Source of the DNA: Dehalococcoidia bacterium
Lineage (GTDB): Bacteria > Chloroflexota > Dehalococcoidia > Lucifugimonadales > JAGWBF01
Length of the DNA: 64,000 nt
Assembly: GCA_034422875.1 (NCBI GenBank)
Contig: DAOUJI010000066.1
Coordinates: forward strand, 8,714-72,713
Direction of reading: 5' to 3'
Shown here piece by piece: positions 37,397 through 48,830 of this stretch. Position numbers and translations under genes: made by a program. Numbering within the stretch: the first letter of the stretch is position 1; every line of letters starts with the position of its first letter. The notes under the pieces were generated by a model. The model made no database searches. It saw nothing but the letters and a program-made list of their open reading frames with translations, and was not told the origin of the DNA.

Positions 37397-37536
37397 TACG
37401 GACCTCCGCCGCGTTGGGCGCCACCCAGCCTTAGAAAAATCGCTCTCGCCCTTGCGACCCCAGTTTGCGGCTGACTGGTATCTATATTATAGCAACCCCG
37501 CCCGCCCTACAGACAACGGGTCGTTATCCTTGTGAT

Positions 37537-39030
37537 CTATAACCCTCGCAGCTCCAGGGTCTCCACATGGCCGGTTTCCAGGCTGGCGACCCGGACGGCG
37601 TGGTTGTTTGTGTCCGCGACGTAGAGCTTTCCTCCAGCCGCGCTGATTCCTGACGGTTCGTGGAAGCGGGCTTCGAACGCCGAACCGTCTTTATAGCCGT
37701 GCTCGCCGCTGCCAAGGAACGTGAGCACGCTCCTCGTGCCCGGGTAGACCCGCTTTATCTTGTTGTTGTAGGTGTCGGCGATATACAGGACTCCGTCATG
37801 CCAGTCCACCCCCTGGACGTGCTGGAGACGCACCTGTTCTCCCACTCCGTCCACGTCGCCCCACACGAACAGGTCCTCGCCCACGATAGTCCCCACACGC
37901 CCCGACGGGTTCAGGTCGGCGTACCTGACGGCACTGGCCTCGCTGTCAGCGAAATAGAGGCGTTCCCCGTCTGACGTGATGCCAGTGGGCTGGTCCAGAG
38001 AAGCCGACATCAGGGGACCGTCTATGGGGGCCTCCCGGCCGTTGCCGGCGTATACGTTGACCTGGCCCGACGCCAGGTGGAGCGCCCAGAGTTGGTGGTT
38101 GCCCGCCATAGCGATGTGCACGACGCCGTTGTGGACCGCCACGTCCCAGGGTGAACTCAGGGCTGTCCGCAGGGCAGGACCGCCTTCGGAATGGCCCCGC
38201 GCCTGCTCTCCCGTCCCGGCTACGGTCTCAACTGTTCCGGCCTCCAGGTCGACTGTCCGAATGGCGTGGTTCTCAGTGTCAGCTACATAGAGAGAGTTCC
38301 CGTCTTCCGACAGGGCCATTCCCTGGGGATGATCGAACTCGGCCGAATCATAATCCCCGTCGGCATGTCCCGGCTGGCCGCTTCCTATGACGTGCGTCAC
38401 CTGTCCATCCAAGTCGGCCACGACAATGCGGTTGTTGTTGGAGTCGGCTACAAACAGGCGTCCGGAAGCCTCGTCAGCCAATATCTTGCCTGGGAAGGAG
38501 AGTCCCGGCGCCTCTGGCGCTTCCCGTTGGAAGTCGAGCCGCTTCGTGCGGTCCAGCATCCCCTTCTCGTCGAACTCTTCCACCATTCGCCCAAGCAAGC
38601 CGTCGAACTGCTCGAAGCTGAACTCCCCCTCGTGCTTGCCGATGACCTTGCCCTGGGGGTCCACAAACATCAGAGTGGGCCAGGCGCGGCAGCCGTACTC
38701 CCTCCAGATGCTGAAGTCCCCGTCATTGACCACGGGGTGTTCCAGCTCGAACCTGAGCACCGCTTTCCTCAGGTTGTCCGTGTCCCGCTCAGAGGTGAAC
38801 TTGGCAGAGTGGACTCCGATCACCACAAGCTCTGCCGCGTACTTGTGCTCCAGTTTCCGCAACTGCGGAAATATGTGCATGCAGTTCACTCAACAGGAGG
38901 TCCAGAACTCCAGGATGACTATTTTCCCTACCAGCTCCTTCATGCTGATGGGCCTGCCAGTGTTGAGCCAGTCCTTACCTGACGGGAACTCGGGAGCGTT
39001 GACGTTGCCGAGGAAAGAGCGTGTGGCCAC
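37537..39030 (-). CDS. thioredoxin-like + NHL-repeat (NHLRC2-like) protein with in-frame TGA, probable selenoprotein
   Basis: Track ORF 37537-38889 begins one codon after an in-frame TGA (38892-38890). Reading through gives [66 protein letters not shown]... from GTG 39030, which has a GAAAGGGGG SD. The TGA sits at the first Cys position of the CxxC motif. The C-terminal part carries NHL beta-propeller repeats (...[12 protein letters not shown]...). Confidence 0.75.
38854..38871 (-). promoter_or_regulatory. candidate bacterial SECIS hairpin
   Basis: The minus strand has a perfect 7-bp stem, TTTCCGC-AGTT-GCGGAAA, starting 18 nt after the TGA codon. The apical loop contains GU. Confidence 0.5.
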
Positions 39031-39103
39031 TTTGGACCCCCTTTCAGTAAGCGCCCGCCCATTATACACCTGCGCCCCTGCGCACGGTCACAGGCTAAAA
39101 TGC

Positions 39104-40417
39104 TCAACCGGATGCGCCGGGCGAGGCGGCGGTCGGTTCCCGTTTCACAGGCCGCCTTACCAACAGTAAAGACACAGTCGCGACTCCCATGAATATGATG
39201 GCCAGCATCAACGGGAAGTCATAGGTGTCGTGCCGTTCTCCCCACCAACCGACAAACCAGGGGGCCAGTATCATCATCCATGAAGAGGAGAATGTGATCA
39301 TTCCTCGCATCGCGGCAAACCGGGTCCTCCCATAGAAGTCCCCCACCGTAGCCCAGAGCAGGAAGCCGGAGGCGTCGCCCACTCCGGCCAGTATCATGTA
39401 TAGGTATATGGCCCAGGCGGAGCCGTCCCACTCCCCGGTAAGCAGGAACAGCGTCGCCAAGCCCTCCAGGGCGAGACACCCGGCCACCACCAGGTTCCTT
39501 GGGACCTTGTCGGAGACCCAGCCAACGGGTATGCGGGAGACTATGTTTACGACGAACAGAATCACCAGCAGGTACCCGAAAGTGGTGTCTCCCACTCCTT
39601 TGGAAAACACGATGGGCTGGAGGTTAATCAAGATCCCCAAGGCGCCCGCACGCCGGAATATCTGACCGAGGACTATCAGCCAAAACGCAGAGGTCCCAAT
39701 TGCCTCTCTGATGGTGAAGTCCACACTCCCCCTGCTGGGATTGCTCTGCCCGGTCCCCGACACTGCAATCGGAGGCCTGGGGCGGTCGCCATCGGGACGA
39801 AGGCCGACGTTTTCCGGGGCGCTGTGCAGCCACAGCCCCAGCGGGGCCATGAGCACAACGTAACCCAGCCCGATGATGAGCGAGACCTGTTCCCAGCTGA
39901 ACTTGATGATCATGATGTTGACCAGGGGAACCAATGCGGCGGCCCCTATGGAAGCCACGGTTGCGAATATTGCCAGGGCCAGACCGCGATGCCTTATGAA
40001 CCACATGTTGAGCATGTTGAAGAGGCCGTGCTGGACGGATATGGCGTTGGCGGCGGCTATGAGCCCCAGGTAGATGAGGGCGAATCCCAGGTAGTTGTCC
40101 ACCCTGGAGAAGGCCAGGTACCCAACGCCGCCCACCAGGAGGCCGGCAATCACGACAATCCTGCCGCCGAACCTGTCCATCAACCAGGCGGCAACCGGTC
40201 CCAGGACCTCCCCCTGGGCCCTGGCCAGGGAAAAGACCAGCGCCGTCTGCTCTTGCCGGAGGCGCAGAGATTCCTGGACGGGCACGAAGAACACGTTGAA
40301 ACCGCGGAAGAAGATGCCGTTGGCTACGAAGATGACGAGGGAAGCGATGCCGAGGACGAACCAGCCGTAAAAGATACGGCCTCCTGTCATCCGGTCAAAC
40401 CATCGCCTGGTGTCCAA
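39104..40417 (-). CDS. MFS transporter
   Basis: 437-aa ORF with about 12 hydrophobic helices and an MFS-like loop motif (...DRFGGRIVV...). Confidence 0.75.
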   Translation of the reverse strand: MDTRRWFDRMTGGRIFYGWFVLGIASLVIFVANGIFFRGFNVFFVPVQESLRLRQEQTALVFSLARAQGEVLGPVAAWLMDRFGGRIVVIAGLLVGGVGYLAFSRVDNYLGFALIYLGLIAAANAISVQHGLFNMLNMWFIRHRGLALAIFATVASIGAAALVPLVNIMIIKFSWEQVSLIIGLGYVVLMAPLGLWLHSAPENVGLRPDGDRPRPPIAVSGTGQSNPSRGSVDFTIREAIGTSAFWLIVLGQIFRRAGALGILINLQPIVFSKGVGDTTFGYLLVILFVVNIVSRIPVGWVSDKVPRNLVVAGCLALEGLATLFLLTGEWDGSAWAIYLYMILAGVGDASGFLLWATVGDFYGRTRFAAMRGMITFSSSWMMILAPWFVGWWGERHDTYDFPLMLAIIFMGVATVSLLLVRRPVKREPTAASPGASG

Positions 40418-40632
40418 TGCTTTTCTGCGAGTTTTCGACGCTTTTCAATTGATAGGATGATAATCCGGAGCACGTATTATCCGGCCTCTGGGCGAAATAC
40501 TCAAATTACATAAAGAATCGGACTTTATCGACGCCGAAATTACGGGAAATAAATGGGGCTGAATGGTATAATTAAATAGACAATATTCGTATCTGTTTCT
40601 TGGGTTTCTCAAGTGTGGAGCGGGGAGTGTAG

Positions 40633-42561
<1,929 letters not shown>

Positions 42562-42609
42562 GCCCTGACTTCAACCCTCCCTCTGAGGAGACCGTTGCAC
42601 AACTGGTAG

Positions 42610-42640
42610 GGGCGACCCTTGTGGTCGCCCTTATTTGTTG
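42610..42640 (+). terminator. intrinsic terminator of gyrB
   Basis: GGGCGACC-CTTGT-GGTCGCCC (42610-42630) followed by TTATTTGTTG. Confidence 0.7.
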
Positions 42641-42655
42641 TCCATCGGGGAAACA

Positions 42656-42676
42656 GGGCAACCACCAGGGTTGCCC
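42656..42676 (-). terminator. hairpin downstream of pyrE (weak terminator / REP-like)
   Basis: GGGCAACC-ACCAG-GGTTGCCC palindrome. On the minus strand it is followed only by TGTTTCC. Confidence 0.4.
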
Positions 42677-42767
42677 CTACGAACGTAACGCACCGTAAGA
42701 GGAGATTCGGGCCGACTGAGTCTCGTAGAATTCCGGTTACTCAAAGGTCTCCCTCGGTGAGAGGGGG

Positions 42768-43331
42768 CTAGACTGCCGGCTGCACCTGGCCATCGGGCGT
42801 CGCTTCCAGAAGGGTCCAGAAAGGATAACCCCGGCGGCGTATTTCGTCGCTCCCGCCTTCCCGCCGGTCCAATATGGCGGCCACCATCACCACCGTGCAG
42901 CCAGCCGCCTCCGCAGCCTCTATAGCGTGCAGCAGGGAACCGCCCGACGTGCAGGTGTCGTCCACCACCGCAACCTTGCATCCTTCCATCGGCAGCGGCC
43001 CCTCGATAGCCCTACCTGCGCCGTGGCCTTTAGCCTCTTTCCTGACAATGAAAGCCGGTATAGGGGTTCCATCCAAGTGGCTGGTCAACGCTATGGCAGT
43101 CGCCATGGGGTCGGCGCCCAGCGTTGGGCCGCCCACGGCCTCGGCGCCGGCGTTTCTGACAACGGGCAGGAAGGTGCGCCCAATAAGAAAGGCGCCCTCG
43201 GGGTCCAGGGTCAACAGTCGCCCGTCGAAGTAGTATGGGCTGACCTTCCCTGACGACAGTGTAAATTCACCGTAGGTCAAAGCCCCGAGGCGTTCGGCCA
43301 ACTCAAGCAGCCGGTGGGCATCGGATGTCAT
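42768..43331 (-). CDS. pyrE: orotate phosphoribosyltransferase
   Basis: ...GALTYGEFTLSSGKVSPYYFDGRLL... and the PRPP motif VAVVDDTCTSGGSL. Confidence 0.9.
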   Translation of the reverse strand: MTSDAHRLLELAERLGALTYGEFTLSSGKVSPYYFDGRLLTLDPEGAFLIGRTFLPVVRNAGAEAVGGPTLGADPMATAIALTSHLDGTPIPAFIVRKEAKGHGAGRAIEGPLPMEGCKVAVVDDTCTSGGSLLHAIEAAEAAGCTVVMVAAILDRREGGSDEIRRRGYPFWTLLEATPDGQVQPAV

Positions 43332-43957
43332 GGGCGCCCCTCCGCGACACTCAAGTCCCCAGCCCGTTGACTGGACCCGTATAGACCATGTCGATGGATA
43401 TACGCCTCTACAGCCTCCGGGACCCGATCCCCCACCGGAAGTCCCTTGGAGACCCTTTCCCTCACCTCCGTGGCGCTGATGGCCGTCAGCGGGGCTTCCA
43501 GGTAGATAACGCGGGTGGATTCATCAGGCCTGCTTGCAGCGTTGGGCACATCATATCCCGGCCTTGGCACGGCTACGATGGTGCACAACTCCCGAATCCG
43601 CTCAGGTTCCTTCCAGCGGTCCATATGCACCGCTGAGTCTGCGCCCACGATTAAGAACAGCTCACGCGTTGGGTCCTCTCGATTCAACTCCTCCAGAGTG
43701 TCGACGGTGTAGGTCAGGCCTTCCCGTTCGACCTCCATGGGAGACACGGAGAAGCGGGGATTCGAGGAGACAGCCAGGGCTGCCATGTCCATACGGTGGT
43801 GCGCGGCGGACACTTCCTCCCCTTCTTTCATCCAGGGCCTTCCGGCGGGCACGAACCACACCTCATCCAGATGGCACGTTTCCAACGCCTCTTCCGCCGC
43901 CAGAAGATGCCCTATATGGATGGGGTCGAAGGTCCCGCCCATCAGTCCCAACCGCAT
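43328..43957 (-). CDS. nadD: nicotinate-nucleotide adenylyltransferase
   Basis: MRLGLMGGTFDPIHIGHL N-terminus. It overlaps the pyrE start by 4 nt. Confidence 0.9.
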   Translation of the reverse strand: MRLGLMGGTFDPIHIGHLLAAEEALETCHLDEVWFVPAGRPWMKEGEEVSAAHHRMDMAALAVSSNPRFSVSPMEVEREGLTYTVDTLEELNREDPTRELFLIVGADSAVHMDRWKEPERIRELCTIVAVPRPGYDVPNAASRPDESTRVIYLEAPLTAISATEVRERVSKGLPVGDRVPEAVEAYIHRHGLYGSSQRAGDLSVAEGRP

Positions 43958-43988
43958 GCTTTCACCAAACCCAGGGCTTCTGAGTCTT

Positions 43989-45269
43989 CTAGAGCCATTC
44001 CAGCTCGGCCCTGCCGATGTGGACCGGATCTCCCGGCTTGACGCCCATGCCTTCCAAGGCGTCAGCGACCCCCAGGTCCCGCAACTGCTTCCAAAGCTGC
44101 ACCATCACCCGCCAGTCGCGCAGGTCGGCCATGGGGAGCATGCGCTCCACCCTAGGGGCGGATACGTGGTAGGCTCCTCCACGCCGAGTGATGGTGAACG
44201 GGGGCGGTTCGTCGGGCTCCCTAGAAACCACCGGACTGATTCGCGGTCCGCTCTTGGGGAGTGCGCCCAGAGTTTCCACGACCTTTAGCATCAGCCCGTT
44301 GACGCCCTCTCCCGTGACGGCTGAGACCAGATGCACAGAGCCCGTGGCAGGCCCGCCTTTGCTCGCTGCGCTCAGCGTCTCGTCGAGGACGTCTGCCAGC
44401 TCTTGGACATCGGGAATATCCGCCTTGTTGACCACGACAATCTGAGGCTTCGACCCCAGGTCCTCATCGAACTCCCTCAGCTCGCGATTAATCTGTTTCA
44501 TGTCTCCCGCAGGATCGTCGGCGCTGCCGTCCACCAGATGGATCAAGAGCTTGGCCCTCTCGGCGTGCCTCAGGAAGTCATGCCCCAGCCCTAGTCCCTC
44601 GTGTGCGCCCTGTATCAGTCCTGGGACCTCCATCATCACGAAAGGTTCATAGCCAACGCCTAGATCAACCACTCCCAGAGCCGGCTCCGTCGTGGTGAAC
44701 GGGTACGGCGCAACCTTGGGAGTCGCCCGCGAGCAGACGGACATAAGCGTGGACTTTCCCGCGTTGGGCTTGCCCACTATTCCCACGTCGGCCAGCAGCT
44801 TGAGTTCCAACAGAAGTTGGGCCCACTCTCCGTCCATTCCCTTCTCAGCCAGAAGAGGCTCCTGTTGAGTCGGGGTGGCAAACCGAGCGTTGCCCGAGCC
44901 TCCTCGACCCCCACGAGCGACGAGAAGCTCTTCATCCCCTTCAGACACCTCACCAATGGCGACTCTCTCCCCATCCCCCATCTTCCAAATCACGGTGCCG
45001 ATTGGAGCCCTTACCTTCACATCTTCCCCATTAGCCCCTCGTCTGTTCTGTCCTCTGCCATGGACTCCGCGGGAACCCTTCCATCGAGAGTTGTACCTCA
45101 AGTGAAGCAAAGTGTTTATCGAGTCGTCCCCAACGATATAAACACTCCCGCCATGACCCCCGTCACCCCCGTCAGGACCTCCCCTGGGAACAAACTTCTC
45201 CCTACGGAAACTCACGCAGCCGTTGCCGCCGGATCCCCCAATTACGGTTATTTTAGCTAAATCAATCAT
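43989..45269 (-). CDS. obg: GTPase Obg/CgtA
   Basis: Glycine-rich Obg fold (GGSGGNGCVSFRREKFVPRGGPDGGDGGHGGSVY), G1 motif GKPNAGKST and a C-terminal OCT-like domain. Confidence 0.93.
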   Translation of the reverse strand: MIDLAKITVIGGSGGNGCVSFRREKFVPRGGPDGGDGGHGGSVYIVGDDSINTLLHLRYNSRWKGSRGVHGRGQNRRGANGEDVKVRAPIGTVIWKMGDGERVAIGEVSEGDEELLVARGGRGGSGNARFATPTQQEPLLAEKGMDGEWAQLLLELKLLADVGIVGKPNAGKSTLMSVCSRATPKVAPYPFTTTEPALGVVDLGVGYEPFVMMEVPGLIQGAHEGLGLGHDFLRHAERAKLLIHLVDGSADDPAGDMKQINRELREFDEDLGSKPQIVVVNKADIPDVQELADVLDETLSAASKGGPATGSVHLVSAVTGEGVNGLMLKVVETLGALPKSGPRISPVVSREPDEPPPFTITRRGGAYHVSAPRVERMLPMADLRDWRVMVQLWKQLRDLGVADALEGMGVKPGDPVHIGRAELEWL

Positions 45270-45485
45270 TCTGGTTTCATGAGATGTCTAACAGTAGTGA
45301 TAAGGGAGTGGGATATGTTGACAAACGAATGTGTTAGCTTTGGAACTACTGTTGAATAGATGTGTGGAGACGTTGAAAACCATATACAAAGACCAAGACT
45401 ATTGTACATGTTCCGACGGCTCGGAAGGAATGGATAGGAGGCGGGTTGGAGTTTGGGTGGCTAATGAGGCGAGATAATGGAAGGT

Positions 45486-46844
45486 TCAGTTGGTGATCGG
45501 CGCTAAGAGGGCCTCTTTGATCGCTATGACATGGTTCTTTACCGAGGGGTCGGTGTCAAGGGAACGAGTGACTTTGGACAATGCGCTTATGACTGTGGAG
45601 TGGTTCCGGCCCCCCATGAGCCGCCCGATGTCGGTGTCGCTCATGGATAGCTCTTCGTGCATCAAATACATGGCAATCCGCCGAGGTTCTGTGACGCTTC
45701 GCTTGCGGCTGGCTCCCACCAGGTCATCCCGCCCCACCGAGAACCTAAGGCATACCTGCTCCAGGATAGTTTCCGGCCCCACCGCCGCTTGGCTGAAGCT
45801 GGGCAGCAAGTCTGCGATGGCCTGGGCGACCAGGTCCATGGTGATGGGCGAGTCATATACGTTGGCCATCGCTACGATGCGGTTGAGGCATCCCTCCAAC
45901 TCTCTTATGTTGCGGTAGGGGTAATTAGCAGCGTGGTGGATAACGGCATCCTCCAATGAAACGGACATATGTCCTGCCTTGGTGCGCAGGATGGCCGCAC
46001 GGGTTTCCATGTCGGGTGCGGATATGTCTGTCATGAGGCCCCACTCAAAGCGTGAGCGGAGCCGGTCTTCCAAGTCGGAGAATTCCCTCGGTGGACGGTC
46101 CGACGCCAGCACCACCTGCCCGGAGGAATTATGCAGGTCGTTGAAGGTATGGAAGAAGGCCTCCTGGGTCTGCTCCTTCCCGGCAAGGAACTGCACGTCG
46201 TCTACTAGCAGCACGTCGACGCTCCGGTACTTGGCGCGGAAGTCCTCGGTGGTCCTGGAGCGTATGGCGGTGATGAACTCGCTGGTGAACTGCTCTGCGG
46301 TCACATAGAGGATGCGGTCTCCCCGCTCAATGGACGTGTGGCCGATGGCCTGCAGAAGGTGAGTCTTGCCCAACCCTGCGGGAGAGTGTATGAACAGGGG
46401 CTGGTACGCGTTCTCCGGCGTCTCCGCGACCGCCTTTGCGGCCGAGTAGGGGAGTCTGTTGGAGGGGCCCACGACGAACCTTGGGAAGGTGTAATGGCGA
46501 TGCAGCCCCGACCAAGACGACTGGCCCTGGCGTCGACTGTTGGCCGCGCCGGAGGGCGTCGGGTCCAGAGGGGACCGGGCGGTGTCCAGGACCGGGGTGG
46601 ACCTGAATTCCACGTCCAGGGCGCCGTCCACGACCCGTTGGACAGTCTCACGGATGGTGGGGTACATTCGACGTTCGAGCCATTCTATGGAGAAGGGAGT
46701 GTTCACTCCTACAAGCAAAACGCCCCGGTCGATGGAGAGGCCGCGTGTGTCCTTGAGCCATGTGTCGAACACATGCCTGTCCACGCGAACTTGCAGCTCG
46801 CCGAGCGCGGCTTTCCATCCATTTATTGCTCTGATGTCGGTCAT
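45486..46844 (-). CDS. dnaA: chromosomal replication initiator protein DnaA
   Basis: The start is moved to ATG 46844 (MTDIRAINGWKAALGELQ...FDTWLK). AAA+ Walker A is SPAGLGKTHLLQAIGH, and a C-terminal DNA-binding domain follows (...RRIAMYLMHEELSMSDTDIGRLMGGRNHSTV...). Confidence 0.93.
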   Translation of the reverse strand: MTDIRAINGWKAALGELQVRVDRHVFDTWLKDTRGLSIDRGVLLVGVNTPFSIEWLERRMYPTIRETVQRVVDGALDVEFRSTPVLDTARSPLDPTPSGAANSRRQGQSSWSGLHRHYTFPRFVVGPSNRLPYSAAKAVAETPENAYQPLFIHSPAGLGKTHLLQAIGHTSIERGDRILYVTAEQFTSEFITAIRSRTTEDFRAKYRSVDVLLVDDVQFLAGKEQTQEAFFHTFNDLHNSSGQVVLASDRPPREFSDLEDRLRSRFEWGLMTDISAPDMETRAAILRTKAGHMSVSLEDAVIHHAANYPYRNIRELEGCLNRIVAMANVYDSPITMDLVAQAIADLLPSFSQAAVGPETILEQVCLRFSVGRDDLVGASRKRSVTEPRRIAMYLMHEELSMSDTDIGRLMGGRNHSTVISALSKVTRSLDTDPSVKNHVIAIKEALLAPITN

Positions 46845-47086
46845 AAGAGAGGCCGGGGGCGTTATGTAAATCAGGATAAGGGCGTTAAACAAAGGGTTGT
46901 CAAGGCAGTAATCACGGAAAAGTTGGGCCACGCCAAAATTGGCGTCGAACATAGTATAATTCTGAGATAGAATATAATTATAGTTTAGCACATATAAGCT
47001 GATTCGGCGGTTTCCGTAACCCTGGCTCCCTGGATATAATCAAACGTGGCATATCGCCCATTCGGAGCCCGTTCTGGAATTCGACA
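46845..47086. other. A/T-rich dnaA-fmt intergenic region, candidate oriC/DUE and divergent promoters
   Basis: A strongly A/T-rich stretch at 46950-47000 (ATAGTATAATTCTGAGATAGAATATAATTATAGTTTAGCACATATAAGC). TATAAT hexamers occur at 46955-46960 and 47034-47039. Only degenerate DnaA-box-like 9-mers are present (TCAGGATAA at 46871-46879, 2 mismatches). Confidence 0.3.
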
Positions 47087-48061
47087 ATGACAACCCATGA
47101 CGCTTTACAGAAAGTCGTAACAGGCGTAAGAGCAGTGTTTATGGGCACTCCCGCCTTTGCCGTCCCAGCGTTGGATACGTTGGTCGAGACGGGGTGTACG
47201 GTTCCAGCAGTCTACACCCAGCCCGACCGCCCCAAAGGCCGGTCAAAAACCCCGGTCCCAAGCCCGGTCAAGGTCAGGGCTATGGAGTTGGGCCTCGACG
47301 TATGCCAGCCGGAATCCCTCCGAGGCTCCGCTCCTGCGGAGGAGATCAGGGTCTTGGGGCCGGACGTCATCGTGGTCGCGGCCTACGGCAAGTTTCTCCC
47401 CGCCGACGTCTTGTCCATACCTCCTCACGGCTGCCTCAACATACACCCGTCGCTGTTGCCTCAGTACAGGGGACCGTCACCAGTTGCTTCGGCTATCGTG
47501 GATGGCCTCAGGGAGACCGGCGTGTCCCTGATGCTGCTGGACGAAGGAATGGACACGGGGCCCGTAATTGCTTCCGAAGGGTATCCAATAGGGCCCCGGG
47601 ATGCCGCAGACGGTCTGACGTTTCGTCTATTCGAGACGGGCGCCCGCATGTTGCGGGAACGACTGCCGGAGTGGATGGAAGGGCGCATTGAAGCCGTTCC
47701 CCAGGAGGAGGCCGCAGCGACGACTACCAGGCTGCTCAAGAGGGAAGACGGAAACGCGGACTGGAACTCCACGGCAATTGAGTTGGACCGGAAGCTGCGG
47801 GCGTTCACTCCCTGGCCCGGCCTTTACACCCAGTGGCTGGGCAAGACCTTGAAGATCATCGCCGCCCAGCCAACGGACTCTCACGGCGCCAGCCCTCCCG
47901 GGCGGGTTATTGATCTAGGGGGTGAAGCGTCCCTCGGTGTGGTCACTGGCGGCGGAACGCTGGGCCTAGAGGCGCTGCAACTGGAAGGAAGACGAGTGCA
48001 GTCGGCAAGGGAGTTCTTGGCTGGCTACCCTGAGTTTCCGGGGTCAATGCTGCCGAGCTAG
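47087..48061 (+). CDS. fmt: methionyl-tRNA formyltransferase
   Basis: ...VFMGTPAFAVPALDTLVE...VYTQPDRPKGR... and ...NIHPSLLPQYRGPSP.... The start may be slightly downstream. Confidence 0.9.
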   Translation: MTTHDALQKVVTGVRAVFMGTPAFAVPALDTLVETGCTVPAVYTQPDRPKGRSKTPVPSPVKVRAMELGLDVCQPESLRGSAPAEEIRVLGPDVIVVAAYGKFLPADVLSIPPHGCLNIHPSLLPQYRGPSPVASAIVDGLRETGVSLMLLDEGMDTGPVIASEGYPIGPRDAADGLTFRLFETGARMLRERLPEWMEGRIEAVPQEEAAATTTRLLKREDGNADWNSTAIELDRKLRAFTPWPGLYTQWLGKTLKIIAAQPTDSHGASPPGRVIDLGGEASLGVVTGGGTLGLEALQLEGRRVQSAREFLAGYPEFPGSMLPS

Positions 48062-48083
48062 GCTGGGCGCCTGACCTGTCCCC

Positions 48084-48830
48084 TCAGAAAAACTCCACCG
48101 GGTAGACAACCTGGATGACGTGAGCATCCTGGAGTTCGGAGAGCTTGCTGCCCCCGTCCGAGGTGTCCTGGACGCCCACGCCCACGAAGTAGGCGCACAA
48201 GTCAGCCAGGAGGTGGCAATGAGAAGACTGTCCGGAGAACAACACGTTGTCGGCCACCGAACCTGTGGGCAGGTCTAGAGATGTCCGAACGAGTTCGTCC
48301 ACGGAGCTGGACTGGGCGGACATCGAGGCGTCCGCGACAATGACGGCCCGCTCTTTGACCTCGATGGGCGCCGCGTCGTGGGGGTTGACGGTCGGGGGCG
48401 CCTGCTCCACGTTGATCTCGTCCATAAGCAGGTCGAGGCTGTAGACGACCCGGGAGAAGGAGGCATGCCAGGGTTCGCTCCAGACGTCACCCACGGTGAA
48501 GTTCTCCGAGTTGACGTAGGCCGCAATCACCGGCGTTTGCCTGCGGGTCATGATATTGAGGAGACTTTCGACCAGTCTCTCGCGGCGTTCCTCAGGCCAG
48601 GACGTGAAAGGCCCGATTCCGAGGATCAAGTCGGCTGCAGACACGCTGGCGGGAGCGTCGGAGGACCCCGGCAGGGCGCCAAAGAAGCCGTGCCAGATCA
48701 CGTCGAAATGGGCTTTGATGCTTTGGAGGGACTCCTCATGCACCATGAGGCCCGTGGTGACGTGCAACGGGGGATGGGGACTTGACGGGTCGCCTGGAGC
48801 TCCGGACTGGCCGAAGTAGACCAGGTACAC
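48084..48830 (-). CDS. hypothetical protein, divergent DUF3800-like
   Basis: N-terminal MYLVYFGQSG (compare the DESG motif) and C-terminal ...VLFSGQSSHCHLLADLCAYFVG (compare ...S..glQxAD...). Its GTG start abuts the rplY stop. Confidence 0.4.
   Translation of the reverse strand: MYLVYFGQSGAPGDPSSPHPPLHVTTGLMVHEESLQSIKAHFDVIWHGFFGALPGSSDAPASVSAADLILGIGPFTSWPEERRERLVESLLNIMTRRQTPVIAAYVNSENFTVGDVWSEPWHASFSRVVYSLDLLMDEINVEQAPPTVNPHDAAPIEVKERAVIVADASMSAQSSSVDELVRTSLDLPTGSVADNVLFSGQSSHCHLLADLCAYFVGVGVQDTSDGGSKLSELQDAHVIQVVYPVEFF

Noticed and set aside
40440-40632. The A/T-rich region upstream of gyrB might be the replication origin
   Set aside because: It contains a plausible gyrB promoter (TATAAT at 40566-40571) but only weak DnaA-box-like matches (TTATCCGGA). 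oriC cannot be distinguished from an ordinary promoter region without skew data.
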